64,000 nt of DNA from a virus. Taxonomy: Duplodnaviria; Caudoviricetes. The stretch lies in IMG/VR virus record IMGVR_UViG_3300042397_003635; one strand, given 5' to 3'. Shown here piece after piece: positions 1-9,598 of the stretch. The notes below the pieces were generated by a model. That model was not told where the DNA came from, ran no database searches, and was given only the letters and a program-made list of their open reading frames with translations. Position 1 is the stretch's first letter. Every line of letters begins with the position of its first letter. The position numbers and the translations under genes are program-made.

Positions 1-79
1 CAACATACAATTCTTTAATGAATTTACGTTTACCACTTTCGGTTTCGGTCTCAAATTTGATTCTTACTAAATAATACAT
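1..79 (-). CDS. 5' part of a DUF4494-like protein (runs off the left edge)
   Basis: Manual translation from ATG at 79: MYYLVRIKFETETESGKRKFIKELYV..., resembling the Bacteroidota DUF4494 N-terminus; not in the ORF track because it is truncated. Confidence 0.45.
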   Translation of the reverse strand, partial: MYYLVRIKFETETESGKRKFIKELYV

Positions 80-101
80 AGCTTTTAATTTATAGGTTAT
101 T

Positions 102-317
102 CTACTTTAACATTGATTTAAGTTCTATTAAAACTTCTTCGTTTGTATGGCCGGCTCTAACCATTTCATACATTTTATCTAACATATCAACAGATAAGCT
201 ATCGCCCATTACTGCATCAATTTTCTTAATTGCTACAAATTCTCTTGGACCAGTAAACTTCTCAAGTCTTTCAATAAAATCTGCTGGATCTGGAATAAAA
301 TATTTGTTAAATCCCAT
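102..317 (-). CDS. hypothetical protein (71 aa)
   Basis: ORF track; starts 2 nt after the KTSC stop; no recognisable motif. Confidence 0.6.
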   Translation of the reverse strand: MGFNKYFIPDPADFIERLEKFTGPREFVAIKKIDAVMGDSLSVDMLDKMYEMVRAGHTNEEVLIELKSMLK

Positions 318-319
318 GC

Positions 320-535
320 TTATGATTTAAGGTAATCGTATGTGCCTTTGATATTGGCATTTAGGAATTTACCAAAGGATTCGGCTTCGCATAATCCAGC
401 GTACACTGATTCGGAAACTCCTTGGTATGTATAAATTGAGCCGCTTTTAAATTGAACATATAGTTCATTTAGGGTAGGGTCATAACCAAATGCATCAATA
501 GTTGATGATGTTACAGATTGTAGTTCGACGTTCAT
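320..535 (-). CDS. KTSC domain protein
   Basis: V.SS.I...GYD....L.VQFKSG..Y.Y.GV...VY..L..AES.GKF.N..IKG.Y pattern typical of KTSC. Confidence 0.88.
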   Translation of the reverse strand: MNVELQSVTSSTIDAFGYDPTLNELYVQFKSGSIYTYQGVSESVYAGLCEAESFGKFLNANIKGTYDYLKS

Positions 536-561
536 ATTATTAGTTTTATACTGATAATATA

Positions 562-786
562 CTAAGAAGTCTTATGTTTTTCTCTAAAAAATAAAAAATA
601 AAGTCCAAAAAAGAATGCCGATAGGCAATAGAAAATAGCGTCCGTAATCCAATAAGAACCGGTCCATTTCATAATTAGAGCAAATAGGGCATCGAAACCA
701 AGAGGGTTGAAGAAAGTCGCCAGGATCAGGATCCAAGTCCCCATGATCTTTCTCTTCTTTTGTTTTAATTTGGCAAATACTGTCAC
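562..786 (-). CDS. small two-TM membrane protein (alternative start ATG at 744)
   Basis: Two hydrophobic stretches (WILILATFFNPLGFDALFALIM; AIFYCLSAFFFGLYFLFF); ATAAATA motif upstream at 862-868. Confidence 0.6.
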   Translation of the reverse strand: MTVFAKLKQKKRKIMGTWILILATFFNPLGFDALFALIMKWTGSYWITDAIFYCLSAFFFGLYFLFFREKHKTS

Positions 787-871
787 TATCCATGGTGTTA
801 GGAATTTTCTCAGCTGAAAAAATTGATTAGTTGAGTAAACTGAGGATCGTTAAATCTTAATTATTTATTAA

Positions 872-1105
872 CTACCACTTGGGTTCGGGTAAAGGGCACG
901 ATTCATCCTTAGTTGCGGTCTTTGCAAAAATAAAACAGCCACATTCTCCGCATTGACCGGAGTCGGCTAGGAATTTTTCGCAATCATAACAAATATTCAA
1001 GCGATTAGTTCGAATATCATCACCGACAAATAACTCATCAAATATCCCTTTAAGCTGAGTCCTAATTTCCTTTGATTTACAATTCTTGCAGTCGCTCATG
1101 TTCAA
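872..1105 (-). CDS. small Cys-rich (Zn-binding) protein, DUF6171-like
   Basis: RLNICYDCE...QCGECGCFIFAKT...ESCP..KW pattern; overlaps the uvsE 3' end. Confidence 0.6.
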   Translation of the reverse strand: MNMSDCKNCKSKEIRTQLKGIFDELFVGDDIRTNRLNICYDCEKFLADSGQCGECGCFIFAKTATKDESCPLPEPKW

Positions 1106-2036
1106 ATGGAATATAATTTTCTAATAGAGTATTATACTGTTCTCTGTATTTTAGAACAGCAAGATCTTTGGCTTTTGCTTCAACTTCAATGTCTAACACT
1201 AATCCATAAGGATTGATTTGTTCATAGATATAATCTGCATGAGATCTAGCAATAACTGAAGAATCTTCAAATGTTTTCTTTGAACTTGAATAGTGTGTTA
1301 GCGGAGTGCAAGGCCAAGTTGAAGCTGCAAGAGTTAGAGCATCCTCTTCAGTTAATCCACTGGTATTAAATCGGTGGTGGTGAAAATCAAATGTGATAGG
1401 TGTTCCAATCCTTGCAGTAATTAAATCATAGAGATCTTGAACTGAATATTGTGTAGCCTTATCATCATTTTCTACAACCAGTCGGTTTTGGGCAGATTTG
1501 CTAAGTAGTTTAAAATTTTGACAAAATCTATCAGCAGCCGCTTCTTTATCACCGTAAGTTCCGCCTACGTGAATATTAACTGGAAATCTATGGTCATTTG
1601 GTAATCCCATTAGATCCATAATTTCAGAATGCTGATTTAAATCTTTGATAGTTTTTGTAACAACGCTTGGAGTTGGCGAAGGTAAAACATCAAACTGACC
1701 AGGGTGCATTGATAATCTAATATTATTTGCAAGTACAAATTCTCCAATTGCCTGCATGTCGGGTAGAATTTCCTGAAAATTTGGCAATTGAGTAATTTCA
1801 TATTCTGACATCCATGGAAAAACATCGCTAGACATACGATAAACATAAATGTCATTTGCAACATTCCATTTTAAGATCGTAAGAATATCCTTGATATTTT
1901 GATGGGCCAACTCGCCACAGTATTGAATACCCTTTTGTTGAAAGGTTTTCTTAATCATACCACGATTTGCAGTAACCTTTCTATCTAGTGATAGGTTAAT
2001 ACAGCAATATCCAAGGCGAGTTGTTTCATTTATCAT
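1077..2036 (-). CDS. uvsE: UV DNA damage endonuclease (UvsE/UVDE)
   Basis: RLGYCCIN, YRMSSDVFP, RLSMHPGQF, NIHVGG, RLVVENDD, PITFDFHHH, HYSSS, HADY, EVEAKAK motifs. Confidence 0.95.
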   Translation of the reverse strand: MINETTRLGYCCINLSLDRKVTANRGMIKKTFQQKGIQYCGELAHQNIKDILTILKWNVANDIYVYRMSSDVFPWMSEYEITQLPNFQEILPDMQAIGEFVLANNIRLSMHPGQFDVLPSPTPSVVTKTIKDLNQHSEIMDLMGLPNDHRFPVNIHVGGTYGDKEAAADRFCQNFKLLSKSAQNRLVVENDDKATQYSVQDLYDLITARIGTPITFDFHHHRFNTSGLTEEDALTLAASTWPCTPLTHYSSSKKTFEDSSVIARSHADYIYEQINPYGLVLDIEVEAKAKDLAVLKYREQYNTLLENYIPFEHERLQEL

Positions 2037-2048
2037 AGATCTAATATA

Positions 2049-2267
2049 CTAAATAGTTTTCATTTTTGTGAGCTCTTCACACTTTTCAAATTCTTCTTGC
2101 CCTTCAAAATAAACTATCATTTCTTTTAAGAGGTCTTCTTTTTCCTTTTCATCAAATGGAATATCATCTGGCCATGTAAAATTGTTGGATGCAAGGTGTT
2201 TATACATTTCTTCCATCATATCAATGTACATGCTTTCTAGAGCAGCTTTATAATCAATAACTCGCAT
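2049..2267 (-). CDS. hypothetical acidic protein with UVR-like C-terminal helix
   Basis: YFEGQEEFEKCEEL motif; overlaps the exonuclease stop. Confidence 0.55.
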   Translation of the reverse strand: MRVIDYKAALESMYIDMMEEMYKHLASNNFTWPDDIPFDEKEKEDLLKEMIVYFEGQEEFEKCEELTKMKTI

Positions 2268-2877
2268 TCTGATAATTATTTGTAGCTTTACGAATTACTT
2301 CAATTACATCGATTGCATCGTCTAATCCATCATGAGTAACATGATTTTCTAATCCAATTCTCTCTTTACACTTTCCTAAACCTGGCAAAGACTGATCAGT
2401 TTTCCAATCGGTAACAAGTACAGCTGGATCAATAATCCGGTTTCTAATTTTAACTTTAGTGTTCCAAGTTGGAATTAGGGTCTCTAGCCAAACTTTATCA
2501 AACGATGCAAAGTTTTTTCCGGCCGCATTAATAATAACCCTGTCTCCATCGACTTCACAACCATGAAAAGCGGCCCAACTTGCAAATGCAGTAGCTACCA
2601 TTTGTGGAGTTAAGATATTGTGTTTTTTACGATATTCACCTCGTTCTTCTCTTGGAATTTTTTCCATGCCAGCAATAATCTCAATAAGATTCATGTTCAT
2701 GTTAATTGCAAAGGCTGAACCTGAATAGTGTGGATGCTCAATTACACAATTAAATTTAGGTAATTCTGAAATTGGCTTAACTTCATTTGTGTCTTCAATT
2801 ACTGCACCAATTTGTAGTATTTGACAGTTTTGTGGGTCTAACCCAGTAGTTTCCAAATCAATTGATATGTACTTCAT
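2254..2877 (-). CDS. DEDDh 3'-5' exonuclease (DnaQ-like)
   Basis: SIDLETTGL (ExoI), GKNFASFD (ExoII), HDGLDDA (ExoIII). Confidence 0.88.
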   Translation of the reverse strand: MKYISIDLETTGLDPQNCQILQIGAVIEDTNEVKPISELPKFNCVIEHPHYSGSAFAINMNMNLIEIIAGMEKIPREERGEYRKKHNILTPQMVATAFASWAAFHGCEVDGDRVIINAAGKNFASFDKVWLETLIPTWNTKVKIRNRIIDPAVLVTDWKTDQSLPGLGKCKERIGLENHVTHDGLDDAIDVIEVIRKATNNYQNASY

Positions 2878-2900
2878 TTCTTACGTTTTATTATATTATA

Positions 2901-3311
2901 CTAATCTAAGATATCCCATGGCAAATCATCATCCTGAATAGGAGTAGACTTTTTAGGCGTACTCGGAGCATCTCCAAATAAGTCATTCATAATTTCATCA
3001 TCAGTCATATCTTGCTCGTCTAAAATATTATTAGATTTTGCAATATGAATTTGAGTTGCTTCAATTGTATTGAAATATTTGATTTGGCCGCTAGGACTTT
3101 CCCATTTACGACCGGCTAATTTATAGCCAACTTGAATTTGATCTCCAGGTTTTGCAAAATCTAGCATTTCGCATTTTTCTTGGATTGCAACAAATGTTAC
3201 ATACTGTGGGTACTTATCATTAGTCCCGACTACAAATTCTCTTTTTTTGAATTTGGCTGATACAAATTGAGTATCATCTACATTAATTAGGGTTCCGTTA
3301 AAGGTTGACAT
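2901..3311 (-). CDS. DUF3127-like OB-fold ssDNA-binding protein
   Basis: FKKREFVV, YPQYVTF, GRKWESPSGQIKYFNTIEA and an acidic tail ending DDDLPW, as in Bacteroidota DUF3127/SSB-like proteins. Confidence 0.8.
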   Translation of the reverse strand: MSTFNGTLINVDDTQFVSAKFKKREFVVGTNDKYPQYVTFVAIQEKCEMLDFAKPGDQIQVGYKLAGRKWESPSGQIKYFNTIEATQIHIAKSNNILDEQDMTDDEIMNDLFGDAPSTPKKSTPIQDDDLPWDILD

Positions 3312-3312
3312 A

Positions 3313-3789
3313 TTAAAAGTTTGGGTTTGTTATTTTTAAATCGTAATCTGAAAATCCAGCAAATAACTCTCTATCTGCTTGAAGTCTTGCATCAACTGTG
3401 TGGCCTGGCATAACTCTTTCTTCAAGTCGAGTTTTTCTAATTTCTTCTTCAATATCAAAGAATATTACAAATGATTTTGCACGATCTTCTTCAGAAAGAT
3501 GAGACAGTCCGCTTGGGGTCATAATAAAAACATCATCTCTATAAAACTGTTTAAGAGTAGTGCCATATGACCATCCATTAAAATCAATTACTTCATAAAA
3601 TTCATCTTCATCTTTCATTGATTGACACTGTTCTTGACTAAGAAAAAAATAATCCTTGCCGTCCTTTTCGCCTGGTCTTGGCGGACGTGTTGTATAACTT
3701 ACTGCGTAAGTCATGCCTCTTTCTTCAAGGCGTTTTCTCATGAAATCTTTACCTGATGCACCAGGTCCTACTAAAATAATTCTTGGCAT
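3313..3789 (-). CDS. gmk: guanylate kinase
   Basis: P-loop GPGASGKD; VSYTTRPPRPGEKDGKDYFF; YGT motif. Confidence 0.92.
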   Translation of the reverse strand: MPRIILVGPGASGKDFMRKRLEERGMTYAVSYTTRPPRPGEKDGKDYFFLSQEQCQSMKDEDEFYEVIDFNGWSYGTTLKQFYRDDVFIMTPSGLSHLSEEDRAKSFVIFFDIEEEIRKTRLEERVMPGHTVDARLQADRELFAGFSDYDLKITNPNF

Positions 3790-5084
3790 TATATTGTTCT
3801 TGTTTTTTCGTAAATTGCTTTAATAACTGGAAATCTTAAAGAGTGCTGACCGTGCTGGTCAGTTGTTTCTTCAAAATATTGAACAGTGATTGTTTTACCT
3901 AAAATTTGATCAGGGTTTTTATAAAATTGACGTCGCTGTTCAATTGAAAAACCTGAACCAACCCTAACTTGATTTCCTTTGTGTGTAATGAAAATATTTC
4001 CAAGCATTTCTTCTTCAACCTCTCGGCCATCTTCGATAACTCGGTGAGTTGAGTTTTCAACACCTTCTACAATATATTCTGCATCCCAAAATTTCTTGAC
4101 TTTAAGGATTTCATCGCTACGTTTTCCAATATATTGTGTGTTTTTTCTTAGCATTAGACCTTCCCAACCCTGAGCAGTCGAATTAGTAATTTCAGTTTGT
4201 AACTGCTCTTCAGATTCAATTAAGGTTTGTTTTAATATTGTAGTATTTTTTAAGTCAATTCCACTAAATATTAAAGCAGCAATTGTAATTCGATCCTTAA
4301 AGGTTCTATCAGTTGAAGAAGTTTGAGTATTAAATTCCTCCAAGGTTAAGCAGTCAAATACCAAATACTTAGGATTTTTAATTGTATGGTTTTTGCGACC
4401 AATTTCTTTAATAATTCCTTGAAAATCTTCTTGACCCTCAGCATTCATCATACAAACCTCACCATCAAGAACAGTATCAATTAGGTTTAGTTTTTTAATG
4501 TCAGCCTTCAGCGTATCTAGAGTTAGGAACTCATTGCCGCCTCTAGAAAAGAATTTAATTTCACCAGTCTCATCAATTATCGTAATGCAGCGGACTCCAT
4601 CGAGTTTACGGCTCATATACCAATGATCTTCAAGCCTTACTTTCTTTTTGGTTTTATCGTCATATGGTAAAGCTAGCGCAACGTCAAACGTTGGAATAGT
4701 TCCTGGAAGAACTGAATTAATTAGAGTAGTTGTAGCACGAGTTTTTAGGTTGCGATCTAAGATACTATAGATCACTTCTGAGAACTCCAAATTTTGAGCT
4801 ATAAATCCATTCATATATGCAATTGCAGTGTTGCCAGTGATACGCCTGTCATTCAGGTCGTCTAGTAACGTAAATAGATCACTATACTTATTAGTGGATA
4901 GCTCTGCGTGCTTTTTTAAATTGGCCGGAGTTACATAATACTGTTTAAATGGAGAATACGTATATTCCAGGATCTTTCTAAGAAATGGACTATCAAATTG
5001 ACTAAGTACTGCTTTTTTATCATTAGTCGATGATGTTACATTCATCGATTCAATAAATTCCTGAATTTGCTTGAGATTTGTCAT
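3789..5084 (-). CDS. lig: ATP-dependent DNA ligase (start moved to ATG 5084)
   Basis: SRKLDGVR (adenylated Lys), LDGE, YLVFD, EGLMLR, LKVKK, GSGF, LRFP. The track's extra MYNKY overlaps a TATAAT box. Confidence 0.93.
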   Translation of the reverse strand: MTNLKQIQEFIESMNVTSSTNDKKAVLSQFDSPFLRKILEYTYSPFKQYYVTPANLKKHAELSTNKYSDLFTLLDDLNDRRITGNTAIAYMNGFIAQNLEFSEVIYSILDRNLKTRATTTLINSVLPGTIPTFDVALALPYDDKTKKKVRLEDHWYMSRKLDGVRCITIIDETGEIKFFSRGGNEFLTLDTLKADIKKLNLIDTVLDGEVCMMNAEGQEDFQGIIKEIGRKNHTIKNPKYLVFDCLTLEEFNTQTSSTDRTFKDRITIAALIFSGIDLKNTTILKQTLIESEEQLQTEITNSTAQGWEGLMLRKNTQYIGKRSDEILKVKKFWDAEYIVEGVENSTHRVIEDGREVEEEMLGNIFITHKGNQVRVGSGFSIEQRRQFYKNPDQILGKTITVQYFEETTDQHGQHSLRFPVIKAIYEKTRTI

Positions 5085-5090
5085 ATACTT

Positions 5091-5125
5091 ATTATACAAA
5101 AAAGGAGACCAATTTGGTCTCCTTT
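5091..5125 (-). terminator. intrinsic terminator abutting a TGTATAAT -10 box
   Basis: Minus strand AAAGGAGACC-AAATT-GGTCTCCTTTTTT followed directly by GTATAAT. Confidence 0.75.
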
Positions 5126-5149
5126 CGGCATATAAAAGACGCCAATAAA

Positions 5150-5665
5150 TTAGGCGGGAGTTTCCTCTGTTTTAGGAGCCTCGACTGGAGTTTCAAGAGC
5201 TTTAATAGCTTTATCCAACTCATGAACTTTTGAATAGGCACTGTTTAATTGGAAAGAAACTTTAAATAATGCTTGTGCATTATGCAAACCTGTGAATTTT
5301 GCTCTATTTAAAAAGTAAAGACACGATTCGATACAAGCGGCAGGTAATCTAACTGGGCTAACCTCAGAATTTTTACCTTCTCCTTTATGGTTTTCAATTT
5401 CTCCCAATAGCATGTTATGATTTTGTAGAATAACGAAAGCTTCGTTTGGTCCAGTAAATTCAACACTATTTTTTAGGAAATTTCTTAACCATTTAAGATC
5501 GTCCATTGTCATTGATTGAACATCAAAATGGCCACGACGTTGTGCTTTAAGACTTTCGATTTCTGATAATTCTTGTTGAGGTTCAGTTACCTCAGTAGGT
5601 TGATCCATAATCTGATCAACTGATTCTAAAATTTGCTCTTCTTGAGTTACAGTTTCGTTTGACAT
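5150..5665 (-). CDS. hypothetical protein (likely start MSNE at 5665)
   Basis: ORF track 5150..5719; GGTATAAT at 5690-5697 lies inside the track's N-terminal extension. Confidence 0.65.
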   Translation of the reverse strand: MSNETVTQEEQILESVDQIMDQPTEVTEPQQELSEIESLKAQRRGHFDVQSMTMDDLKWLRNFLKNSVEFTGPNEAFVILQNHNMLLGEIENHKGEGKNSEVSPVRLPAACIESCLYFLNRAKFTGLHNAQALFKVSFQLNSAYSKVHELDKAIKALETPVEAPKTEETPA

Positions 5666-5702
5666 AAATATCTTTGTTTTTGTTAAGATATTATACCAAA
5701 CT

Positions 5703-6185
5703 CTATTCGATAGTTTCAATCAAACGTTGAGCAATTATCTGTTGAGATCGTGATAATTTTTCAACTGCTTCTTGAAATGGAATAAATCCAGCCCAATCTA
5801 CCTCCTCGGCTTGTAGTTGTTCTTTAGGTAATTTAGGCGAATCGAGGCCAATTTGTTCAAGGCTCTCAATGTGTACTTCAAAGTAAGCGCAGCGACTGTG
5901 AGGAATACCGCGACGGTAAAATACAAAATATTTCTCATTTTTATCAATTAGTTCTGGATCTACCGTAACCCCGGTCTCTTCTCTAGTTTCACGAATTGCG
6001 CAAGTTAAAAGATCTTCGCCTGGTTCGATTCCTCCTTTAGGAATTCCAAACGGTTGATTTTTCCAACTTGCATTTGATGGATGAATTAATAAAATCTTTC
6101 CTTCCCAGATAATAGCGAGACCGGCTGCTCTAATTTCAAGCTGCTTTTCGCTTTCCGCTAAATAATCTGTGAATGTAAAAATCAT
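5703..6185 (-). CDS. NUDIX hydrolase with capsid-targeting-like leader
   Basis: Nudix box GGIEPGEDLLTCAIRETREETGV; N-terminus MIFTFTDYLAE. Confidence 0.9.
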   Translation of the reverse strand: MIFTFTDYLAESEKQLEIRAAGLAIIWEGKILLIHPSNASWKNQPFGIPKGGIEPGEDLLTCAIRETREETGVTVDPELIDKNEKYFVFYRRGIPHSRCAYFEVHIESLEQIGLDSPKLPKEQLQAEEVDWAGFIPFQEAVEKLSRSQQIIAQRLIETIE

Positions 6186-6376
6186 TTATTAAGTGCATCC
6201 TTCTTTTTTTGAATATACTTTGCTTTATTAATTTCAGAGCGGCGTTTTACGCTAGGCTTTTCAAATTCCTTACGATTGCGTAGGTTTTGTAACTGCTTAG
6301 TATCAACAACCTTTCGTTTTAATATTTTGAGCGCCCTTTCTAGCGAATCAGTATTTTTAATATTAATTATTAACAC
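6182..6376 (-). CDS. rpsU: ribosomal protein bS21, Bacteroidota type (GTG start)
   Basis: MLII.IK...LERALK..KRK, F.KPSVKRR, KAKY54IQ; 64 aa and basic. Confidence 0.93.
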   Translation of the reverse strand: MLIINIKNTDSLERALKILKRKVVDTKQLQNLRNRKEFEKPSVKRRSEINKAKYIQKKKDALNK

Positions 6377-6388
6377 AGATAGTTTAAA

Positions 6389-7906
6389 TTATTTAACATA
6401 ATGAGAAGTTTCCTCGGGCTTAACGTACTTTGCCATTGACGACATTGCATCAACTAAATGGGTTTCGCCTACTCGATATAAGTCTTCTGCAGTTTTAAAG
6501 AACCTTGCGTCTAGAGTATTATCAATATCTTTAACACCGTCTGCCGCAGCAAGGCTTGCCATTGTTTGTTCGTCAAACTGTTTTCCATTGTTCTTAGCCA
6601 AGGCAGAAATATATTTGTCATACATATTTTTATAACTTTCTCCAGTGTTCATATCAGATGCAACTTCATTAAGTACAACGGCTGACCAAGTGTCGCCTTC
6701 TCCACGCTTGTAATTATATCCTCCGTCTTTAGCAAAAGCATTTAATTGGTTCACTACTCCCTGAGATAGAGCAGCTAGGCAATACCAGAATGCAAGCGCT
6801 TCATCGTCACTAAATACGCTATTGATTCCGTCGCCGTCTGCTTTATTACTGTGACCGCCGCCTCCAGCTGTGTCTCTAGCAGCAATTTCTAATTTATAAG
6901 CCAGATATTCAGTACCGCTTGCAAAGTTTTCCTTTCCTTCAGTTTTTAATTTTACATTAACTGGCTGGCTAATGTCAGCAATTGATCCAAAAACTATTAA
7001 TCGCTGGCCTCCACCAAACTGAGATAAAAATTTTTGAGCAACTGGCCAAAAACCCCAACCAGCTTTAGCTTGTTTATCAACATAATCCATTGAAATTGTC
7101 ATATTGATTTTATCAAGACCTGCCCAAGTGCTACCAGTTGGATTTGAAAACTTTGTAGCCTGAGGATTACCAAGTTTAGATATACCTTCAATTATTTTAG
7201 CTCTAAAACCAGGATTCTCTGTTTTATAATTAAACATTTTCATATTGAAATACCAAGAGTTAAATCCAGTAGTATTTCTTGAAAGATTTGCCTTTGCTAA
7301 ATTAATATCTTGTGCATAAGCATTGGGATCTGTAGATGAAGGTAAAACTGCAACATTAGTCGAATCAATTTTACCTGTAGCTAAATCAATTGTCTCCTTT
7401 TGACCAGATGAACCGGAAAGCGTTAGTTTGCCTCCACCTACTTGATAGTTACCGCTATATAATAAATGTGGTTCATATCCAGAAGTTGCAGTTTTTTTCC
7501 AAAAAACCTTAACGTCAGGGTTAGCGGGGTCCCCTTTGAAGAAATAGTCTCTATTTACATCCTGTGCGGTCTTTGCAGTTGGGTTAAATGCAGGTTTATC
7601 CTTTAATTCCCAACTAACGCAATTTTCCCAAGTCTCTCCAGAAAAATCGACTTTTTCTTTTATTTGGGAGCCCGGAAGTTTTAATAAATCTACATATGGG
7701 GGTTTGGTCTTAAGCTCTTCTTGAGAAGGGCTGCTTGACTCTTGGTCAGGTTGAGTTGTGCCGGATCCGTCGTTCTTTTTGTCACCGGTCTTTCGTTTAC
7801 CGTCAGCTGGTTGTGTAGTTGGATTAGTAATAGTTCCACTTTGAAGAGCGCTAAGATCAGGTGGACCTTGCTCTAATAAAATAGATATAGACTTAATTTT
7901 CTTCAT
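6389..7906 (-). CDS. large hypothetical protein, probable internal head protein (505 aa)
   Basis: N-terminal MKKIKSISILLE leader; ATAAATA motif at 7923-7929. Confidence 0.55.
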   Translation of the reverse strand: MKKIKSISILLEQGPPDLSALQSGTITNPTTQPADGKRKTGDKKNDGSGTTQPDQESSSPSQEELKTKPPYVDLLKLPGSQIKEKVDFSGETWENCVSWELKDKPAFNPTAKTAQDVNRDYFFKGDPANPDVKVFWKKTATSGYEPHLLYSGNYQVGGGKLTLSGSSGQKETIDLATGKIDSTNVAVLPSSTDPNAYAQDINLAKANLSRNTTGFNSWYFNMKMFNYKTENPGFRAKIIEGISKLGNPQATKFSNPTGSTWAGLDKINMTISMDYVDKQAKAGWGFWPVAQKFLSQFGGGQRLIVFGSIADISQPVNVKLKTEGKENFASGTEYLAYKLEIAARDTAGGGGHSNKADGDGINSVFSDDEALAFWYCLAALSQGVVNQLNAFAKDGGYNYKRGEGDTWSAVVLNEVASDMNTGESYKNMYDKYISALAKNNGKQFDEQTMASLAAADGVKDIDNTLDARFFKTAEDLYRVGETHLVDAMSSMAKYVKPEETSHYVK

Positions 7907-7925
7907 TTTAATAAAATTTTATTAT

Positions 7926-9596
7926 TTATGCCTTTTTATAATATTCGGTTCGGTAAAATGTAATAGCTTGTGCTAAATCATTATCCCATCCAAAGCCCTT
8001 TTTAACTAAATCTATGTCAGCTTGAATTGGTCCAGTTATTGAACCGGTCTTTCTCTTAGACATGGCTAGTAAATCAGCGGCAGTTGGGACTCTATTTAAG
8101 GTTGGTTGGCCAGAAATAGGAGATTTAGTTTGTTTATCTAGTAAAATTAAACGTAAAATTCCAAGGGCCGAATGTATTCCAGTAAAGTTTGGCGTAAAAA
8201 TCTTAGCTGTTCCATCTGCATTAAATGCACCAATGTTAGATGTATCAAATTCAAGAATAATATTTCCGGTGCTATCAGTTGCCTTCCATGCAGAGGCGTT
8301 CTTAAAAGAATCTCCAGCCGCAGTAACTAAGCCTGATGAAAAGGTTGGGTGTAATTTATTATTTACAAATATATCCGCATCAGTATAACCAGTACCTTTT
8401 AAAATTTCAATAAGTTCCTGTTCATTTTCGATGCTAGTTGGTCCAGCTAATCGTGCTGTTTGCTTTTTCTTCTTTGCAGCCAGTGTAGCTTGATCCATAG
8501 CCGAACCTTGTCCAGCAGCAGGTTGACCCGAAGCAGGCTGTCCGCCTGCCGGTGCGGCAGAAGCAGCGGCTGTTACCGAATCAATAAAAGTTTTTAGTGT
8601 TGGATATGTATCAGTTTCAACCTCTGATCTTGGAATTAGCCCGTTATTTACTGCATAAATTAACCAAACTGACATAATTGAAACCAATTGAGTTTTTGTT
8701 AGTTTATCTAAATCGTATGATGGACCAACTTTATAATCAGGATCTCCGGATTTATTTAAGATCTCAGTAAATGCAGACTTAATGTCAGGGGTATACGAAT
8801 CAACTTGGCCTTTAACTAATGAATTTAGTGGACTTTGTGAACTAAAAAATTTACTAAGCACAAGCATAACTGGAGACACGTCTCCTATCTTAATTATTTC
8901 ATTATCTTTTAGTAGTACATCTGGTGAAGCTGGATTTCTAAATGTACCATTGACGACTTTTGTAAAATACACCATACCGCCATTGGGTTTTCCACCAGGT
9001 CCGGCCTTTGGCATAATTGTATTTAATTCCATCATTGTAAGCTTGGAAGTAGATTGAGCCGAAGTTGTAGTTGAAGAAGTTGTAGAATTAGTTGAAGCTT
9101 TGCCAGAAGAATTTATAATCTTTGCCAAATTTTGCTGAATTGACTCTCCGCTTGTTCTTGGAGTAGAAAGAACATGAAGAGCTGTAATATTATTTGAGCC
9201 AGTTTTTCCTAGTAATTGCTCTGGATTTACAGATTTTACCGAATCATCTGTTACATTTTTAAATATGTAAACATGCCCCTCTACACGGTTTTTTCCTCCA
9301 AGAAGACCTGCCTTATTTGAAGGATCTGCGGAAATTCCAACCGCAGATGGACTAGACAAACTATTGATAGTTGTCTTGATTTGATTAGCATCGCCTTCGG
9401 TTGAATTTATAATGTAATCTAAAATTGATTTAGGCGTAATAATCGAAGTAGAATTCTTAGGATAAGTATAAGAATATGCAAATCGCTTAGGCACAAGTCC
9501 ATTTAATAAGTTATCTTCTGGACGACCTTCTAATTTAAATTTAACATCTTCTTCTGCTTCAAGTATTAATTGGTTTAGACTAGTATAGTTTTTCAT
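7926..9596 (-). CDS. large hypothetical protein, probable internal head protein (556 aa)
   Basis: N-terminal MKNYTSLNQLILE leader; low-complexity linkers. Confidence 0.55.
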   Translation of the reverse strand: MKNYTSLNQLILEAEEDVKFKLEGRPEDNLLNGLVPKRFAYSYTYPKNSTSIITPKSILDYIINSTEGDANQIKTTINSLSSPSAVGISADPSNKAGLLGGKNRVEGHVYIFKNVTDDSVKSVNPEQLLGKTGSNNITALHVLSTPRTSGESIQQNLAKIINSSGKASTNSTTSSTTTSAQSTSKLTMMELNTIMPKAGPGGKPNGGMVYFTKVVNGTFRNPASPDVLLKDNEIIKIGDVSPVMLVLSKFFSSQSPLNSLVKGQVDSYTPDIKSAFTEILNKSGDPDYKVGPSYDLDKLTKTQLVSIMSVWLIYAVNNGLIPRSEVETDTYPTLKTFIDSVTAAASAAPAGGQPASGQPAAGQGSAMDQATLAAKKKKQTARLAGPTSIENEQELIEILKGTGYTDADIFVNNKLHPTFSSGLVTAAGDSFKNASAWKATDSTGNIILEFDTSNIGAFNADGTAKIFTPNFTGIHSALGILRLILLDKQTKSPISGQPTLNRVPTAADLLAMSKRKTGSITGPIQADIDLVKKGFGWDNDLAQAITFYRTEYYKKA

Positions 9597-9598
9597 AA

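Noticed and set aside
584-793. 69-aa ORF overlapping the membrane protein in another frame
   Set aside because: The 562..786 frame gives a coherent two-TM protein; this frame has no motif. It is not fully excluded, because its ATG is the first after the promoter.
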